DNA of 64,000 nt, from the NCBI GenBank assembly GCA_030066985.1, contig JASJAN010000018.1, positions 1,742 to 65,741 on the forward strand, read 5' to 3'. The notes beneath the pieces were generated by a model. It had not been told where the DNA came from. It searched no databases and saw only the letters and a list, made by a program, of their open reading frames with translations. Both the position numbers and the translations under genes were made by a program. Position 1 is the stretch's first letter. Each line of letters starts with the position of its first letter. This document shows positions 27,734-36,295 of the stretch, piece after piece. Origin of the DNA: Desulfobacterales bacterium. GTDB lineage: Bacteria > Desulfobacterota > Desulfobacteria > Desulfobacterales > JAHEIW01.

Positions 27734-28879
27734 TTATTTTTCCTGTGGCTCGCCCATAACCTCCGCGAACATATCCATATCCCAGAGTTTTGCGTCGGCA
27801 ACGTTTTGACGAAATTTAATAAAGTCCACCACATCCTGGCCGGTAATTTTTTTGGTGTTGAAAGCACCAAAGCCCAGGAAGGCCTCACCGGACATGTTGG
27901 CGGCCAGCCAGTGACGATTTGCGTTTTTGGTGATATCCCAGAAATATTTCTTTTTCTGACGAATACCGTCAATCGATTTGATCAAGCAACCGGGGAACAG
28001 ATTGGCGAAAGTCCAGACGATTTTGTCGACTTCTTTGTCCAGGAGCTCGAAGTCTGCATTGGGCTGGTGTTGTTTTACCAGAGCACGGGCTTCCTTGGCG
28101 GCCTCACCGGTTTTAAATTCACCGTAAACAATCTCTCCGTCTTCGACATATTTGTCGGTGACGATCATGGGGTTGCGGACCCATTTGCCATCAATTTTCA
28201 AAACCGGCACGACTTTGCTGATCAGGTTTTTGGCTTTCATCTTATAGGCGGACCACATCTCGCAGGAAACGCAGTTCCACATGGCATCTTCATTACTGAG
28301 CATCCAGGGCAAAAAGTCCGACGATCCCCCATCCGGAGCCGAGCCGTGGCGTGGACCCGCCTGGCCGAAAATAGCGAGGTCCGAAGTAATCGTCAGATCG
28401 CATGCCATACCGATTTCCTGACCGCCCGCCACCCGCATGCCGTTGACCCGGCAAATGACCGGCTTTTTACAGGCCAGGATGGAATCCACCATGTGGTTGA
28501 ACAGCTCCATATACTGGCCGTATTCATCCGGCCGCCGGCTGTAATATTCACTGTACTCTTTGGTATTGCCGCCGGTACAAAATGCATACGGCCCGGTTGC
28601 GGTGAAAACAACAGCCACAACACTGCGATCGAGGGACGAATTTTCAAATCCGGCAATCACGCCTTTGACCATTTCGGTGGTATAGGAGTTGTATTGCCGG
28701 GGGTTGTTCAGGCGAATCCAGGCAACATAGAGACCTTCCTGTACATTTCCCTTGGGATCGGTCAACGGTCTTTTCTCATAAACCACGCAGGGTGCGTCTT
28801 CATCTTTTCCCCAATGCACCTCGCTGTGCAGCGCATGGTCCTTTAATTCATTGTCACGTGGCATCCAGTCTAAAGCCAT
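27734..28879 (-). CDS. bamA: 6-oxocyclohex-1-ene-1-carbonyl-CoA hydrolase (ring-opening; Oah/BamA)
   Basis: 381 aa crotonase-superfamily protein. It contains NNPRQYNSYTTEMV and VAGGQEIGMACD (the regions targeted by bamA marker primers, as I recall), plus FGQAGPRHGSAP and WNCVSCEMWSAYKMKAKNLISK. SD GAGGAGG upstream. Confidence 0.88.
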   Translation of the reverse strand: MALDWMPRDNELKDHALHSEVHWGKDEDAPCVVYEKRPLTDPKGNVQEGLYVAWIRLNNPRQYNSYTTEMVKGVIAGFENSSLDRSVVAVVFTATGPYAFCTGGNTKEYSEYYSRRPDEYGQYMELFNHMVDSILACKKPVICRVNGMRVAGGQEIGMACDLTITSDLAIFGQAGPRHGSAPDGGSSDFLPWMLSNEDAMWNCVSCEMWSAYKMKAKNLISKVVPVLKIDGKWVRNPMIVTDKYVEDGEIVYGEFKTGEAAKEARALVKQHQPNADFELLDKEVDKIVWTFANLFPGCLIKSIDGIRQKKKYFWDITKNANRHWLAANMSGEAFLGFGAFNTKKITGQDVVDFIKFRQNVADAKLWDMDMFAEVMGEPQEK

Positions 28880-28943
28880 AATTGCTACCTCCTCAATTTA
28901 TTAATAAAGCGTCTAATTTACATTTGAAGACCTATTTTATCCG

Positions 28944-30050
28944 CTAAAAATCAGGAGTCAGCACAATGCGTCTGTCCGGCGGTTCTTTATGTGCCTCCTC
29001 AAAAGATTCCACAATGGTGCTCATGGGACGGGTCTGAACGAACGCATCGATGTTGATTTTACCCGAGGTGACCATGTTTAAAACAATCGGATAGTATTCG
29101 GGCAAACAGCCCCAGGTCCCGATAATCTCTGCGTCAAAAGCCATCAGCCGACTGATCATATACTCCAGCTTGCCAAGTCCGAATCCAATGATAATCAGTT
29201 TGCCAATAAAGCTTAACAGCGTCAGCCCAATTTCCTGGCCGGGCTTAGCGCCGGAAACTTCAAAAACCTTCCAACCAAAACCCGGAAAGTCATTTTCCTT
29301 GCATATCTTTTTAAATTCACCGGAAACCGCCCGGGCATCCTTGTCGCTGGCGTTGATGACAAAATCGGCGCCAAAATTGAGTGCCCGGTCCAGCTTTGCC
29401 TGGGCGATGTCAATCCCAATAACAGTGCTGGCTCCCAGGCCTTTGGCAATTTGTCCCATGTACTGCCCGACACCACCGCCAATACCGATTACCACAACTT
29501 TATCCCCCGGCTGTAGGTTCGCTCTTTTAGCCGCCTGATAGGGTGTTGTGGCCGCATCCGCTAAAACCGCCAGGTGTGCCAAAGGGATCTCGCCCCGGTT
29601 TTTGATTTCGCATAAATCGATACTTGGTACCGGAATGTGACTTGCAAATCCGCCGTATACACCCAAGCTGTTACCCGGCATTTTTTGATTAAGACACCGA
29701 TTCCCGCGGCCGGTTTTGCAAAGGATGCATTTGCGGCAGGGCATCACGGCAGGAATAATTACTTCTTTGCCAATCCATTCCTCATCTCCGGTTACAACCG
29801 TGCCGGAAATTTCATGCCCCAATGTCAACGGTGGCTTTGAAACCGTGGGCACACCGTCATAAAAATATCCCAAATCGGTGTGGCAGATGCCACAGCCTGC
29901 AACCTCAACTAACGCTTCACCGGGCTTTAAATCAGGAACCGGATGCTCTACTTTTTCCAGTTTACCCGGTGTGACCTGCTTGGTTTCCTTGTCAAAAGTG
30001 GTGGGTTGAATCATCTGCCAGGTTTGAATCTTTTCAGGTATGGCTGCCAT
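28944..30050 (-). CDS. had: 6-hydroxycyclohex-1-ene-1-carbonyl-CoA dehydrogenase-like Zn-dependent alcohol dehydrogenase (Had/BamQ)
   Basis: 368 aa. Motifs CGICHTD, GHEISG, structural-Zn CRKCILCKTGRGNRC and NAD motif GIGGGVGQ. It sits directly upstream of bamA. Confidence 0.75.
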   Translation of the reverse strand: MAAIPEKIQTWQMIQPTTFDKETKQVTPGKLEKVEHPVPDLKPGEALVEVAGCGICHTDLGYFYDGVPTVSKPPLTLGHEISGTVVTGDEEWIGKEVIIPAVMPCRKCILCKTGRGNRCLNQKMPGNSLGVYGGFASHIPVPSIDLCEIKNRGEIPLAHLAVLADAATTPYQAAKRANLQPGDKVVVIGIGGGVGQYMGQIAKGLGASTVIGIDIAQAKLDRALNFGADFVINASDKDARAVSGEFKKICKENDFPGFGWKVFEVSGAKPGQEIGLTLLSFIGKLIIIGFGLGKLEYMISRLMAFDAEIIGTWGCLPEYYPIVLNMVTSGKINIDAFVQTRPMSTIVESFEEAHKEPPDRRIVLTPDF

Positions 30051-30110
30051 ATTATCCTCTTTATTTTTAGAATTTACTTGCTTTTAGCACCAAAATTTGA
30101 AACTACTTTT

Positions 30111-30127
30111 TAGCTACAATGTAACTA
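30111..30127. promoter_or_regulatory. Near-palindromic operator TAGCTACAATGTAACTA in the had / SDR divergent region
   Basis: Its core CTACAATGTA matches positions 1-10 of the perfect palindrome CTACAATGTAG at 36571-36581. It overlaps a candidate minus-strand had promoter: TTGACA at 30139-30134, N17, then TAGCTA. Confidence 0.45.
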
Positions 30128-30148
30128 TATCCATGTCAAGAATTTTTA

Positions 30149-30180
30149 TTGACTTAAACCAGGACCAGCTTTAATGTAGC
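30149..30180 (+). promoter_or_regulatory. Candidate sigma70 promoter TTGACT-N17-TAATGT with 14-mer AGCTTTAATGTAGC over the -10
   Basis: -35 at 30149-30154 and -10 at 30172-30177. The 14-mer at 30167-30180 is identical to 36580-36593. Confidence 0.5.
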
Positions 30181-30341
30181 GTCGATATTCTGTCATATCA
30201 TCAGATAAGCGAAGCATTTCAAAAATTTAAAAAAAGGATTTCAAATTTTACGAAACCTAAAATGATAAAACCTTTAAAAATATGGCTGTCTCTGTCTTTA
30301 ACATTTGAAACGGCTGTTGTTTAAGAAACGAGGAGGATTCT

Positions 30342-31091
30342 ATGCTACTGGAAGGGAAAAATGCGCTCGTGACCGGAGGATCACAAGGAATTGGTGCCGC
30401 CGCCTCACTCGAGCTAGCCAACGAGGGTGCAAATGTTTGTTTAACTTACCGTAAACATGAAGCCGAAGCCATCAAATATGCAGAAGAGATTCAGGCTATG
30501 GGACGTAAGGCCTTGGCGGTGCAGTGTGATATCTCTTCGTTTGCCGATGCTGAAAAAGTGGTCAAGGCCGCTGTTGAGGCTTTCGGCAGTCTGCAAATTC
30601 TGGTCAACAATGCCGGCATGAATTGGGATGGCGTATCGTGGAAAATGTCAGAAGAACAATGGGATCGGGTCCTGGAAGTCAATCTAAAAGGCTATTTTAA
30701 CTTCACCCGTCAGGTGGCGCCGCTTCTCAAGGAACAAAAATATGGCAGGATCATCAATGTGACCTCCATTAACGGTTTGCGGGGAAAATTCGGCCAGACC
30801 AATTATTCGGCATCCAAGGCCGGTATTATTGGCTTCACCAAAGCACTGGCAAAGGAACTGGGCGCCTTTGGCGTTACGGTTAATGCCGTGGCCCCCGGTC
30901 TGATCGAAACCGCGATGCTTAAGGAATCTGAGGCCAGAGATAAGATTATCGATATGGCCATGGCTGAAAGTGCCCTGAAACAGGTCGGACAGCCCGAAGA
31001 CCTGGCTTATCTGGTGAGTTTTTTGGCATCTGACAGGGCCAAGCATGTTACCGGAGAGGTGATCAAAGTCGACGGTGGTCAATACATCTAG
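30342..31091 (+). CDS. Short-chain dehydrogenase/reductase (FabG-like 3-oxoacyl/3-hydroxyacyl reductase)
   Basis: TGGSQGIGAA, NNAG and YSASKAG. SD GAGGAGG upstream. Confidence 0.85.
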   Translation: MLLEGKNALVTGGSQGIGAAASLELANEGANVCLTYRKHEAEAIKYAEEIQAMGRKALAVQCDISSFADAEKVVKAAVEAFGSLQILVNNAGMNWDGVSWKMSEEQWDRVLEVNLKGYFNFTRQVAPLLKEQKYGRIINVTSINGLRGKFGQTNYSASKAGIIGFTKALAKELGAFGVTVNAVAPGLIETAMLKESEARDKIIDMAMAESALKQVGQPEDLAYLVSFLASDRAKHVTGEVIKVDGGQYI

Positions 31092-31234
31092 TTTTCAATT
31101 TCTGAGCGGCCCTTTTTCCGCTGGCCGGCGTTCTCCGCGGATTTCGCGCCTGCAACGTACTTCAAGTACGCCTTGGCGGAAACCCTTGTGCGGCCTTGCC
31201 CAACGAAAAAAAATCTCACTCAGAAATTGAAAAC
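31091..31234. repeat. 144-nt nested palindromic element between the SDR and thiolase genes
   Basis: Perfect 16-nt outer arms: GTTTTCAATTTCTGAG (31091-31106) and CTCAGAAATTGAAAAC (31219-31234). A concentric inner palindrome CGTACTTCAAGTACG sits at 31156-31170. Confidence 0.7.
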
Positions 31235-31274
31235 TGTATATCTAAATATATTAGAACAAAGAAAGAGAGAAAAA

Positions 31275-32441
31275 ATGGGAAAAGTAGCGATTGTCGGAGT
31301 TGGACAAAGTACATTTGTTAGAAGTTACCCGGGATCGATTCGAGAGCTGGTATTTGAGGGATTTAAGGAGGCCATGCAGGATGCGCAGATGAGCACCACG
31401 GATATCGATGCTTCCATTATCTGCTCAGCTCCTGAATACGACAAACAGCGCTCACCGGCTGGTGTATTTGCGGAATATTTGGGCTTGAATCCGCAACCGA
31501 CCTTTTATGTCGAAACCTTGTGCTCATCGAGCAGTACCGGATTGAAACTCGCCTATTCGCTGGTCAAGTCCGGCCTGCATGATGTCGTAGCGGTAATCGG
31601 TTTTCAGAAGATGTCAGAAATCTCCTCTTCCGAATCCCAAGAGCGTATGGGCAGGGGTGCTGATATCCAGTGGGAAAGCCCCTTTGGCACAATGATGCCG
31701 GCATACTATGCCATGTATGCCAATGCCCATATGGCTAAATACGGCACTACTTTAGACGATTTGGCCTTGATCCGGGTTAAAGCGGCAACTTATGGTCAGT
31801 TAAATGATCGCGCGGTTTATCGCAAGCCGGTTGAATTTGAAATGTTTAAAGATCCGGAAAATCGCATGGCCGGACCGGTGGCCAGCCCGCTACGTGTAGG
31901 AGATTGCTGTGCCAATGCCGACGGCAGCTCCTGCTTAATCGTTGCAAGTGAAGAAAAGGCCAAAGCGTTTTCAAAAAAGCCGGTCTGGATTTTGGGCGTC
32001 GGCGCTGCAACGACAACCGTTAATTTAGCGGGTAGAGATCTGTTTACCGGGCTAAGTGTTGCCGAGCAAGCAGCCCAGCAAGCATATGAAATGGCCGGAG
32101 TGGGCCCTAAAGATATCGATGTTGCCGAGGTCCATGATTGTTTTACCATTGCAGAAATGATGGCCTATGAAAATTTGGGTTTTGCGCAACCGGGTGAAGG
32201 CAAAGAATTGATCAGAGCCAAAGAGACCTATAAGGATGGCAGCATCCCGGTCAATGTTGACGGCGGCCTTTTATCAAAAGGCCACCCCATAGGCGCTACC
32301 GGCGGATCCCAGATCCGCACCATCGTCTTGCAGCTTAGAGACGAAGCCGGCGATATTCAGGTCAAAGATCCGAAAATTGGCCTGGTGCATAACATCGGCG
32401 GCGTGGGTTTGTATGGCAATGTGACGATACTTGGACGTTAA
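31275..32441 (+). CDS. SCP2-type thiolase (thiolase domain protein, DUF35-partnered)
   Basis: MGKVAIVGVGQSTF, catalytic Cys in VETLCSSSS, then HDCFT and SKGHPIGATG. The ORF opens at 31173, but that part lies within the palindromic element. Confidence 0.85.
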   Translation: MGKVAIVGVGQSTFVRSYPGSIRELVFEGFKEAMQDAQMSTTDIDASIICSAPEYDKQRSPAGVFAEYLGLNPQPTFYVETLCSSSSTGLKLAYSLVKSGLHDVVAVIGFQKMSEISSSESQERMGRGADIQWESPFGTMMPAYYAMYANAHMAKYGTTLDDLALIRVKAATYGQLNDRAVYRKPVEFEMFKDPENRMAGPVASPLRVGDCCANADGSSCLIVASEEKAKAFSKKPVWILGVGAATTTVNLAGRDLFTGLSVAEQAAQQAYEMAGVGPKDIDVAEVHDCFTIAEMMAYENLGFAQPGEGKELIRAKETYKDGSIPVNVDGGLLSKGHPIGATGGSQIRTIVLQLRDEAGDIQVKDPKIGLVHNIGGVGLYGNVTILGR

Positions 32442-32565
32442 GAGAAGTTGTGAAGACACCCCGCAAAGCCGCCAAGCACGCAAATGGTAATTATTCTCAA
32501 CAATCAGTTTATGTTATGCTTTGCGTCTTTGCAAGAGGTTTTTATCCTAATAAGAGAGGCTAAAG

Positions 32566-33000
32566 ATGAGCAAAAAGAAAGATGTAGATGATCGGTTCAA
32601 ACATTTTGGTACGGTCAGCTTTACTTCCATTACCAAAACCAATGATTTTATCGACTACCTTAAAGACAACAAGGTCATGGGAACCCGTTGCAAGGATTGC
32701 GGATTGCATTTCTTCCCGCCACGGGTGGATTGCCATCAGTGTCTGGCCAGCAACATGGAATGGTTTGAGGTAAGTGGCAAAGGCAAACTGGTAAGCTACA
32801 GCAAACTGCAATATGCGCCTATCGGCTTTGAGGAAGATGTTCCCTACTGTATCGCCCTGTTGGATTACGGTGATTATAAGGTATTTGGCAGAATCGCCGG
32901 TGACCTGGCGGACGATGACATCCAGGTAGGAATGGAAATGCAAGCGGTCGTAAATGAGCTACCCAATGGGCAGTTGAACTATGTCTTTGTTAAAGCATAA
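32566..33000 (+). CDS. DUF35 Zn-ribbon/OB-fold protein (thiolase partner, BbsA-like)
   Basis: 144 aa. Zn-ribbon CKDCGLHFFPPRVDCHQC followed by an OB fold. Confidence 0.8.
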   Translation: MSKKKDVDDRFKHFGTVSFTSITKTNDFIDYLKDNKVMGTRCKDCGLHFFPPRVDCHQCLASNMEWFEVSGKGKLVSYSKLQYAPIGFEEDVPYCIALLDYGDYKVFGRIAGDLADDDIQVGMEMQAVVNELPNGQLNYVFVKA

Positions 33001-33010
33001 TTTAAATTAA

Positions 33011-33093
33011 CCACAGAGTGCACAGAGAACACAGAGAAAAGATTCTCATTTCAAAATTTTTTTATAACTCTGTGGGCTCCGTGATCTCTGTGG
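33011..33093. repeat. Inverted pair of triple 9-mer repeats (NNCACAGAG x3), REP-like
   Basis: CCACAGAGTGCACAGAGAACACAGAG (33011-33036) faces CTCTGTGGGCTCCGTGATCTCTGTGG (33068-33093). Confidence 0.7.
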
Positions 33094-33119
33094 TAAACAT
33101 CACTTCGAGGATTAAAACC

Positions 33120-33890
33120 ATGAGCGAATATCAGTATTTGAAAGTCGAAAAAGCAGACGGGGTCGCGCGGATGACGCTCGATCGGCCCAAGCACAATGTT
33201 TTAGACATTACCATGATGAATGAAATGATTGCCGAACTGGAAGATCTCGTGTCCGACAAAGAGCTCAAATGCCTTGTGTTTAGCGGCGCAGGAGCCAGTT
33301 TTTGCGCCGGTGTTGAGGTCGCCGATCACAAGCCGGAAAGTGCCGATCAAATGATTGCGACTTTTAACCGCATTTTCGAATTGATTGATCAGCTCGATGT
33401 CCCCGTCATTGCAGCGGTGCACGGCGCATGTCTGGGCGGTGGTATGGAGTTGGCCATTGCATGTGACATCATTGTGGCGGGCGACAGCGCTATCTTTGGT
33501 CAGCCGGAAATCAAGCTTGCATTTTTACCGCCCTATGCCGCTATACGGCTGCCCCATCTGGTAGGCCCTGCGAAAGCAATTGAAATCTGCACAACCGGAA
33601 AGCGTTACAGCGCTGCGGAAGCTCAGCAAATGGGAATGGTTTGCTATGCTGTTGCCGACGATCAGCTGGCGGAGACCACCGACAAACTTGTTAAGGAAAT
33701 TCAATACAACAGCCCGCTCATTATTCGATTGAATAAGCAGGCGGTCAAAAAACACCTGGGTCTGCCCTTCTCTCAAGCGATCGACAGTGTCAGCGACCTG
33801 TTCCTGAATACGTTGATGAAAACTGAAGATGTCCTTGAAGGCATCAAGAGTTTCGAAGAAAAACGCAAACCGGTTTGGAAGAACAAGTAA
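33120..33890 (+). CDS. Enoyl-CoA hydratase/isomerase (crotonase) family; possible dienoyl-CoA hydratase
   Basis: MTLDRPKHNVLD, FSGAGASFCAGVEV and GGGMELAIACD. The start is set at ATG 33120 (SD GAGGA) because the upstream ORF part is repeat-derived. Confidence 0.8.
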   Translation: MSEYQYLKVEKADGVARMTLDRPKHNVLDITMMNEMIAELEDLVSDKELKCLVFSGAGASFCAGVEVADHKPESADQMIATFNRIFELIDQLDVPVIAAVHGACLGGGMELAIACDIIVAGDSAIFGQPEIKLAFLPPYAAIRLPHLVGPAKAIEICTTGKRYSAAEAQQMGMVCYAVADDQLAETTDKLVKEIQYNSPLIIRLNKQAVKKHLGLPFSQAIDSVSDLFLNTLMKTEDVLEGIKSFEEKRKPVWKNK

Positions 33891-33894
33891 CAAT

Positions 33895-34017
33895 GCTGCT
33901 GGCCCCTGGCTTCTTGCAGCTGGCAAATTGTCCCTGGTAACTAACGACTCGCTAATTTATCATTTTCTTAAACCCCGTTGTTCATTTTGTATGCTATCGA
34001 CCAGAAGCCAGAAAAGG
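33895..34017. repeat. Intergenic element of the GCTGCTGGC...GCTTCTTGCARCTGGC ... CCAGAAGCCAG family (copy 1)
   Basis: The 30-mer at 33895-33924 matches 36296-36325 at about 25 of 30 positions. CCAGAAGCCAG at 34001-34011 can pair with CTGGCTTCT at 33906-33914. Confidence 0.6.
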
Positions 34018-34024
34018 AGACCTT

Positions 34025-36064
34025 ATGTCACAGATAAATAAAATCGCAGTTATCGGTGCAGGCAATATGGGCAGCGGAATCGCGCAAAAAATTGCCCAAG
34101 AAGGCATCAACGTCATTATGGTGGATACAAGTGAAGACTTTGTCGAACGCGGCATTAATACCATCCGCCAATTGTTGAAAGAGGCCGTCGAGCGCAAGAT
34201 TCTCAATTCAGAGCAGCTTCACGATGTTCTCTCGCGCATTATCGGCACATGCGATTTTGAAATGGTGGCCGACGCCGACCTGGTCATAGAGGCTGTTTTT
34301 GAGGACAAGCAGGTTAAATTCGACCTTTTTGAGAAACTGGATCGGATCTGCTCCGATAAAACCATACTGGCCACCAACACCTCTAGCTTTTACGTTCACG
34401 AATTTGCCAGTAAAACCAGTCGGCCGGATCGGTTTATCGGGTTGCATTATTTCTACCATCCGGCAAAAAATCGCCTGCTGGAAATCATCCCCCATGAAAA
34501 AACCAGCGCCGAAACAGTCGAAAAATCGCTTCTGGCAGCCAAGCTGCATGGTAAAACCGCCATCGTAGTTAAAGATGCGCCCGGTTTTGCCGTCAATCGC
34601 TTTTTTGTGCCGTTTTTAAACGAGGCTGCCCGCATGCTGGAAGAAGATATGGCCAATATTGCCACCATCGAAGAAGCCGCCAAACAAGCATTTAAAATCG
34701 GTATGGGGCCTTTTGAGCTCATGAATGTCACCGGCATCCCCATCGCGGTGCATGCCTCAACCACCTTGGGAAATGAGCTGGGACCGTTTTATGCCACCGC
34801 CGAAGGTTTAAAAGCACAGAAGGATAAAAATGAAAATTGGGATTTAAGCGGCGATGTTGACGAATCCAAACTCGAAGCAGTTAAAGATCGCTTCTACGGA
34901 GTATGTCTCGGGGTGGCCGCAGCGCTGGTGGATGAGGGCGTAGCAACGATCGAAGATACCGATCGGGGCGCTAAAATCGGTCTGCGCTGGCTGATGGGTC
35001 CTTTTGAAATCATGAACAGAATCGGCATTGAAAAAACCTACAAAGCAGTAGAAGCCATAACCCAAAGATACCCTGATTTTAAAATGCCTCAGGTTTTGCA
35101 GCAACAGTATCAAAGCGGTGAGCCGTTTGCGTTTAATTTTGTTGACCTCGACGTCAAAGGTGATGTCGCATATATCACCATTAACCGTCCCGAAGCCATG
35201 AATGCCTTAAACGAAACGGTGGTGGCACAACTCAGACAGCGGTTTGAAGAAGCTGAGGCAAACACCGATGCCAAGGTCATTGTGTTTCAGGGCGCCGGCA
35301 AGGCCTTTGTCGCCGGAGCGGATATTAAATATTTTGTAGACAAGATCAGAGCGGATAAAATTACAGATATCGCAGAATTCACCCGCAAGGGTCACGAATT
35401 GCTGCTGGATATCGAAAACTCGGACAAACTGACCATTGCCCTGCTCGACGGTCTGAGCTTGGGCGGCGGCAGTGAGCTTGCTCTGGCCTGCCAGGCCATC
35501 ATCGCCACACCGGCCGGGTCTATGGGTTTTCCGGAAACTTCTATTGGCATTTTTCCCGGACTGGGCGGAATGCTACGCATGGCACGATTTGTCGGACCGG
35601 AGCTCGCTAAATATTATGTCTTCACCGGCGCCCCCATCAGTGCTGCAGATGCGCACGACCTTGGCATTATTACGCGTCTGGTGGCGCCGGCCGACGTGGC
35701 TTCTGCCATAAAAGATTTGGCATCCGGAGCAAAACCGGACAAATATCAGCAACGCGAAATCCCCGAAAAATTTGAAACCCTGGCGCAACTGGGCAGTAGC
35801 GTAAATGTTGAGCGCCTTTTAACCGGACAACCGCCCGAAGGCGTGCCGGATGGAATCGCGGCCAAAACTGCTAAGATAATGGGGTATAAAGCACCACTGG
35901 CTCTTAAAATTGCCAATGAAGTTATCGATGCGCAAGTCGGAAAGCCAATCGCCGAAGCAGTGGAAGTTGAACTCGGGCGCCTGAATGACATCTTCAGCAC
36001 TGCTGATGCCTTAGAGGGCCTCTCAACCGTTGGCCGTAAGAGGCCAGAATACAAAGGGGCGTGA
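34025..36064 (+). CDS. Bifunctional 3-hydroxyacyl-CoA dehydrogenase / enoyl-CoA hydratase
   Basis: 679 aa. N-terminal Rossmann IAVIGAGNMGSGIAQ. C-terminal crotonase domain ITINRPEAMNALN...FQGAGKAFVAGADI...GGGSELALAC. SD AAAGGAGA upstream. Confidence 0.88.
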   Translation: MSQINKIAVIGAGNMGSGIAQKIAQEGINVIMVDTSEDFVERGINTIRQLLKEAVERKILNSEQLHDVLSRIIGTCDFEMVADADLVIEAVFEDKQVKFDLFEKLDRICSDKTILATNTSSFYVHEFASKTSRPDRFIGLHYFYHPAKNRLLEIIPHEKTSAETVEKSLLAAKLHGKTAIVVKDAPGFAVNRFFVPFLNEAARMLEEDMANIATIEEAAKQAFKIGMGPFELMNVTGIPIAVHASTTLGNELGPFYATAEGLKAQKDKNENWDLSGDVDESKLEAVKDRFYGVCLGVAAALVDEGVATIEDTDRGAKIGLRWLMGPFEIMNRIGIEKTYKAVEAITQRYPDFKMPQVLQQQYQSGEPFAFNFVDLDVKGDVAYITINRPEAMNALNETVVAQLRQRFEEAEANTDAKVIVFQGAGKAFVAGADIKYFVDKIRADKITDIAEFTRKGHELLLDIENSDKLTIALLDGLSLGGGSELALACQAIIATPAGSMGFPETSIGIFPGLGGMLRMARFVGPELAKYYVFTGAPISAADAHDLGIITRLVAPADVASAIKDLASGAKPDKYQQREIPEKFETLAQLGSSVNVERLLTGQPPEGVPDGIAAKTAKIMGYKAPLALKIANEVIDAQVGKPIAEAVEVELGRLNDIFSTADALEGLSTVGRKRPEYKGA

Positions 36065-36288
36065 TACGGGTAACACGGACAGAGAAACTGGCCTCACAGG
36101 GGTGGGAAAAACAGGCCACTTATGATGAGCCCCGTCTGTCCGAAGTGGTTGATACCTACCGGGAAACCGGCCTGGAGGTTCACTTAGAGCCTTTTCATCC
36201 CAATGACGAGCCTGGCTGCGCCGTGTGCATGGCCAGCATGCCGGAAAAGTATAAAACGATTTATACCCGTAAAGGCCCCGTCAAATAG
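36061..36288 (+). CDS. Small conserved-looking hypothetical protein, translationally coupled
   Basis: 75 aa. The GTG start overlaps the upstream TGA (GTGA). Sequence is charged and non-repetitive, with a CAVC pair. I recognise no family. Confidence 0.4.
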   Translation: MIRVTRTEKLASQGWEKQATYDEPRLSEVVDTYRETGLEVHLEPFHPNDEPGCAVCMASMPEKYKTIYTRKGPVK

Positions 36289-36295
36289 CGGGGCT

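Noticed and set aside
27665-28846. 393-aa plus-strand ORF
   Set aside because: It is antisense to the strongly recognisable bamA gene, which has its own SD. It has no motifs and a biased composition typical of a shadow ORF.
31173-31274. N-terminal extension of the thiolase ORF
   Set aside because: It lies inside the 144-nt palindromic element. The conserved thiolase N-terminus MGKVAIVGVG starts at 31275.
33011-33093. Possible CRISPR array
   Set aside because: The units are only 7-9 nt, directly adjacent, inverted rather than direct, and lack spacers. No cas genes are present in the window.
33018-33119. N-terminal extension MHREHREK... of the crotonase ORF
   Set aside because: It is encoded by the CACAGAG repeat element. 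A proper SD and ATG occur at 33120.
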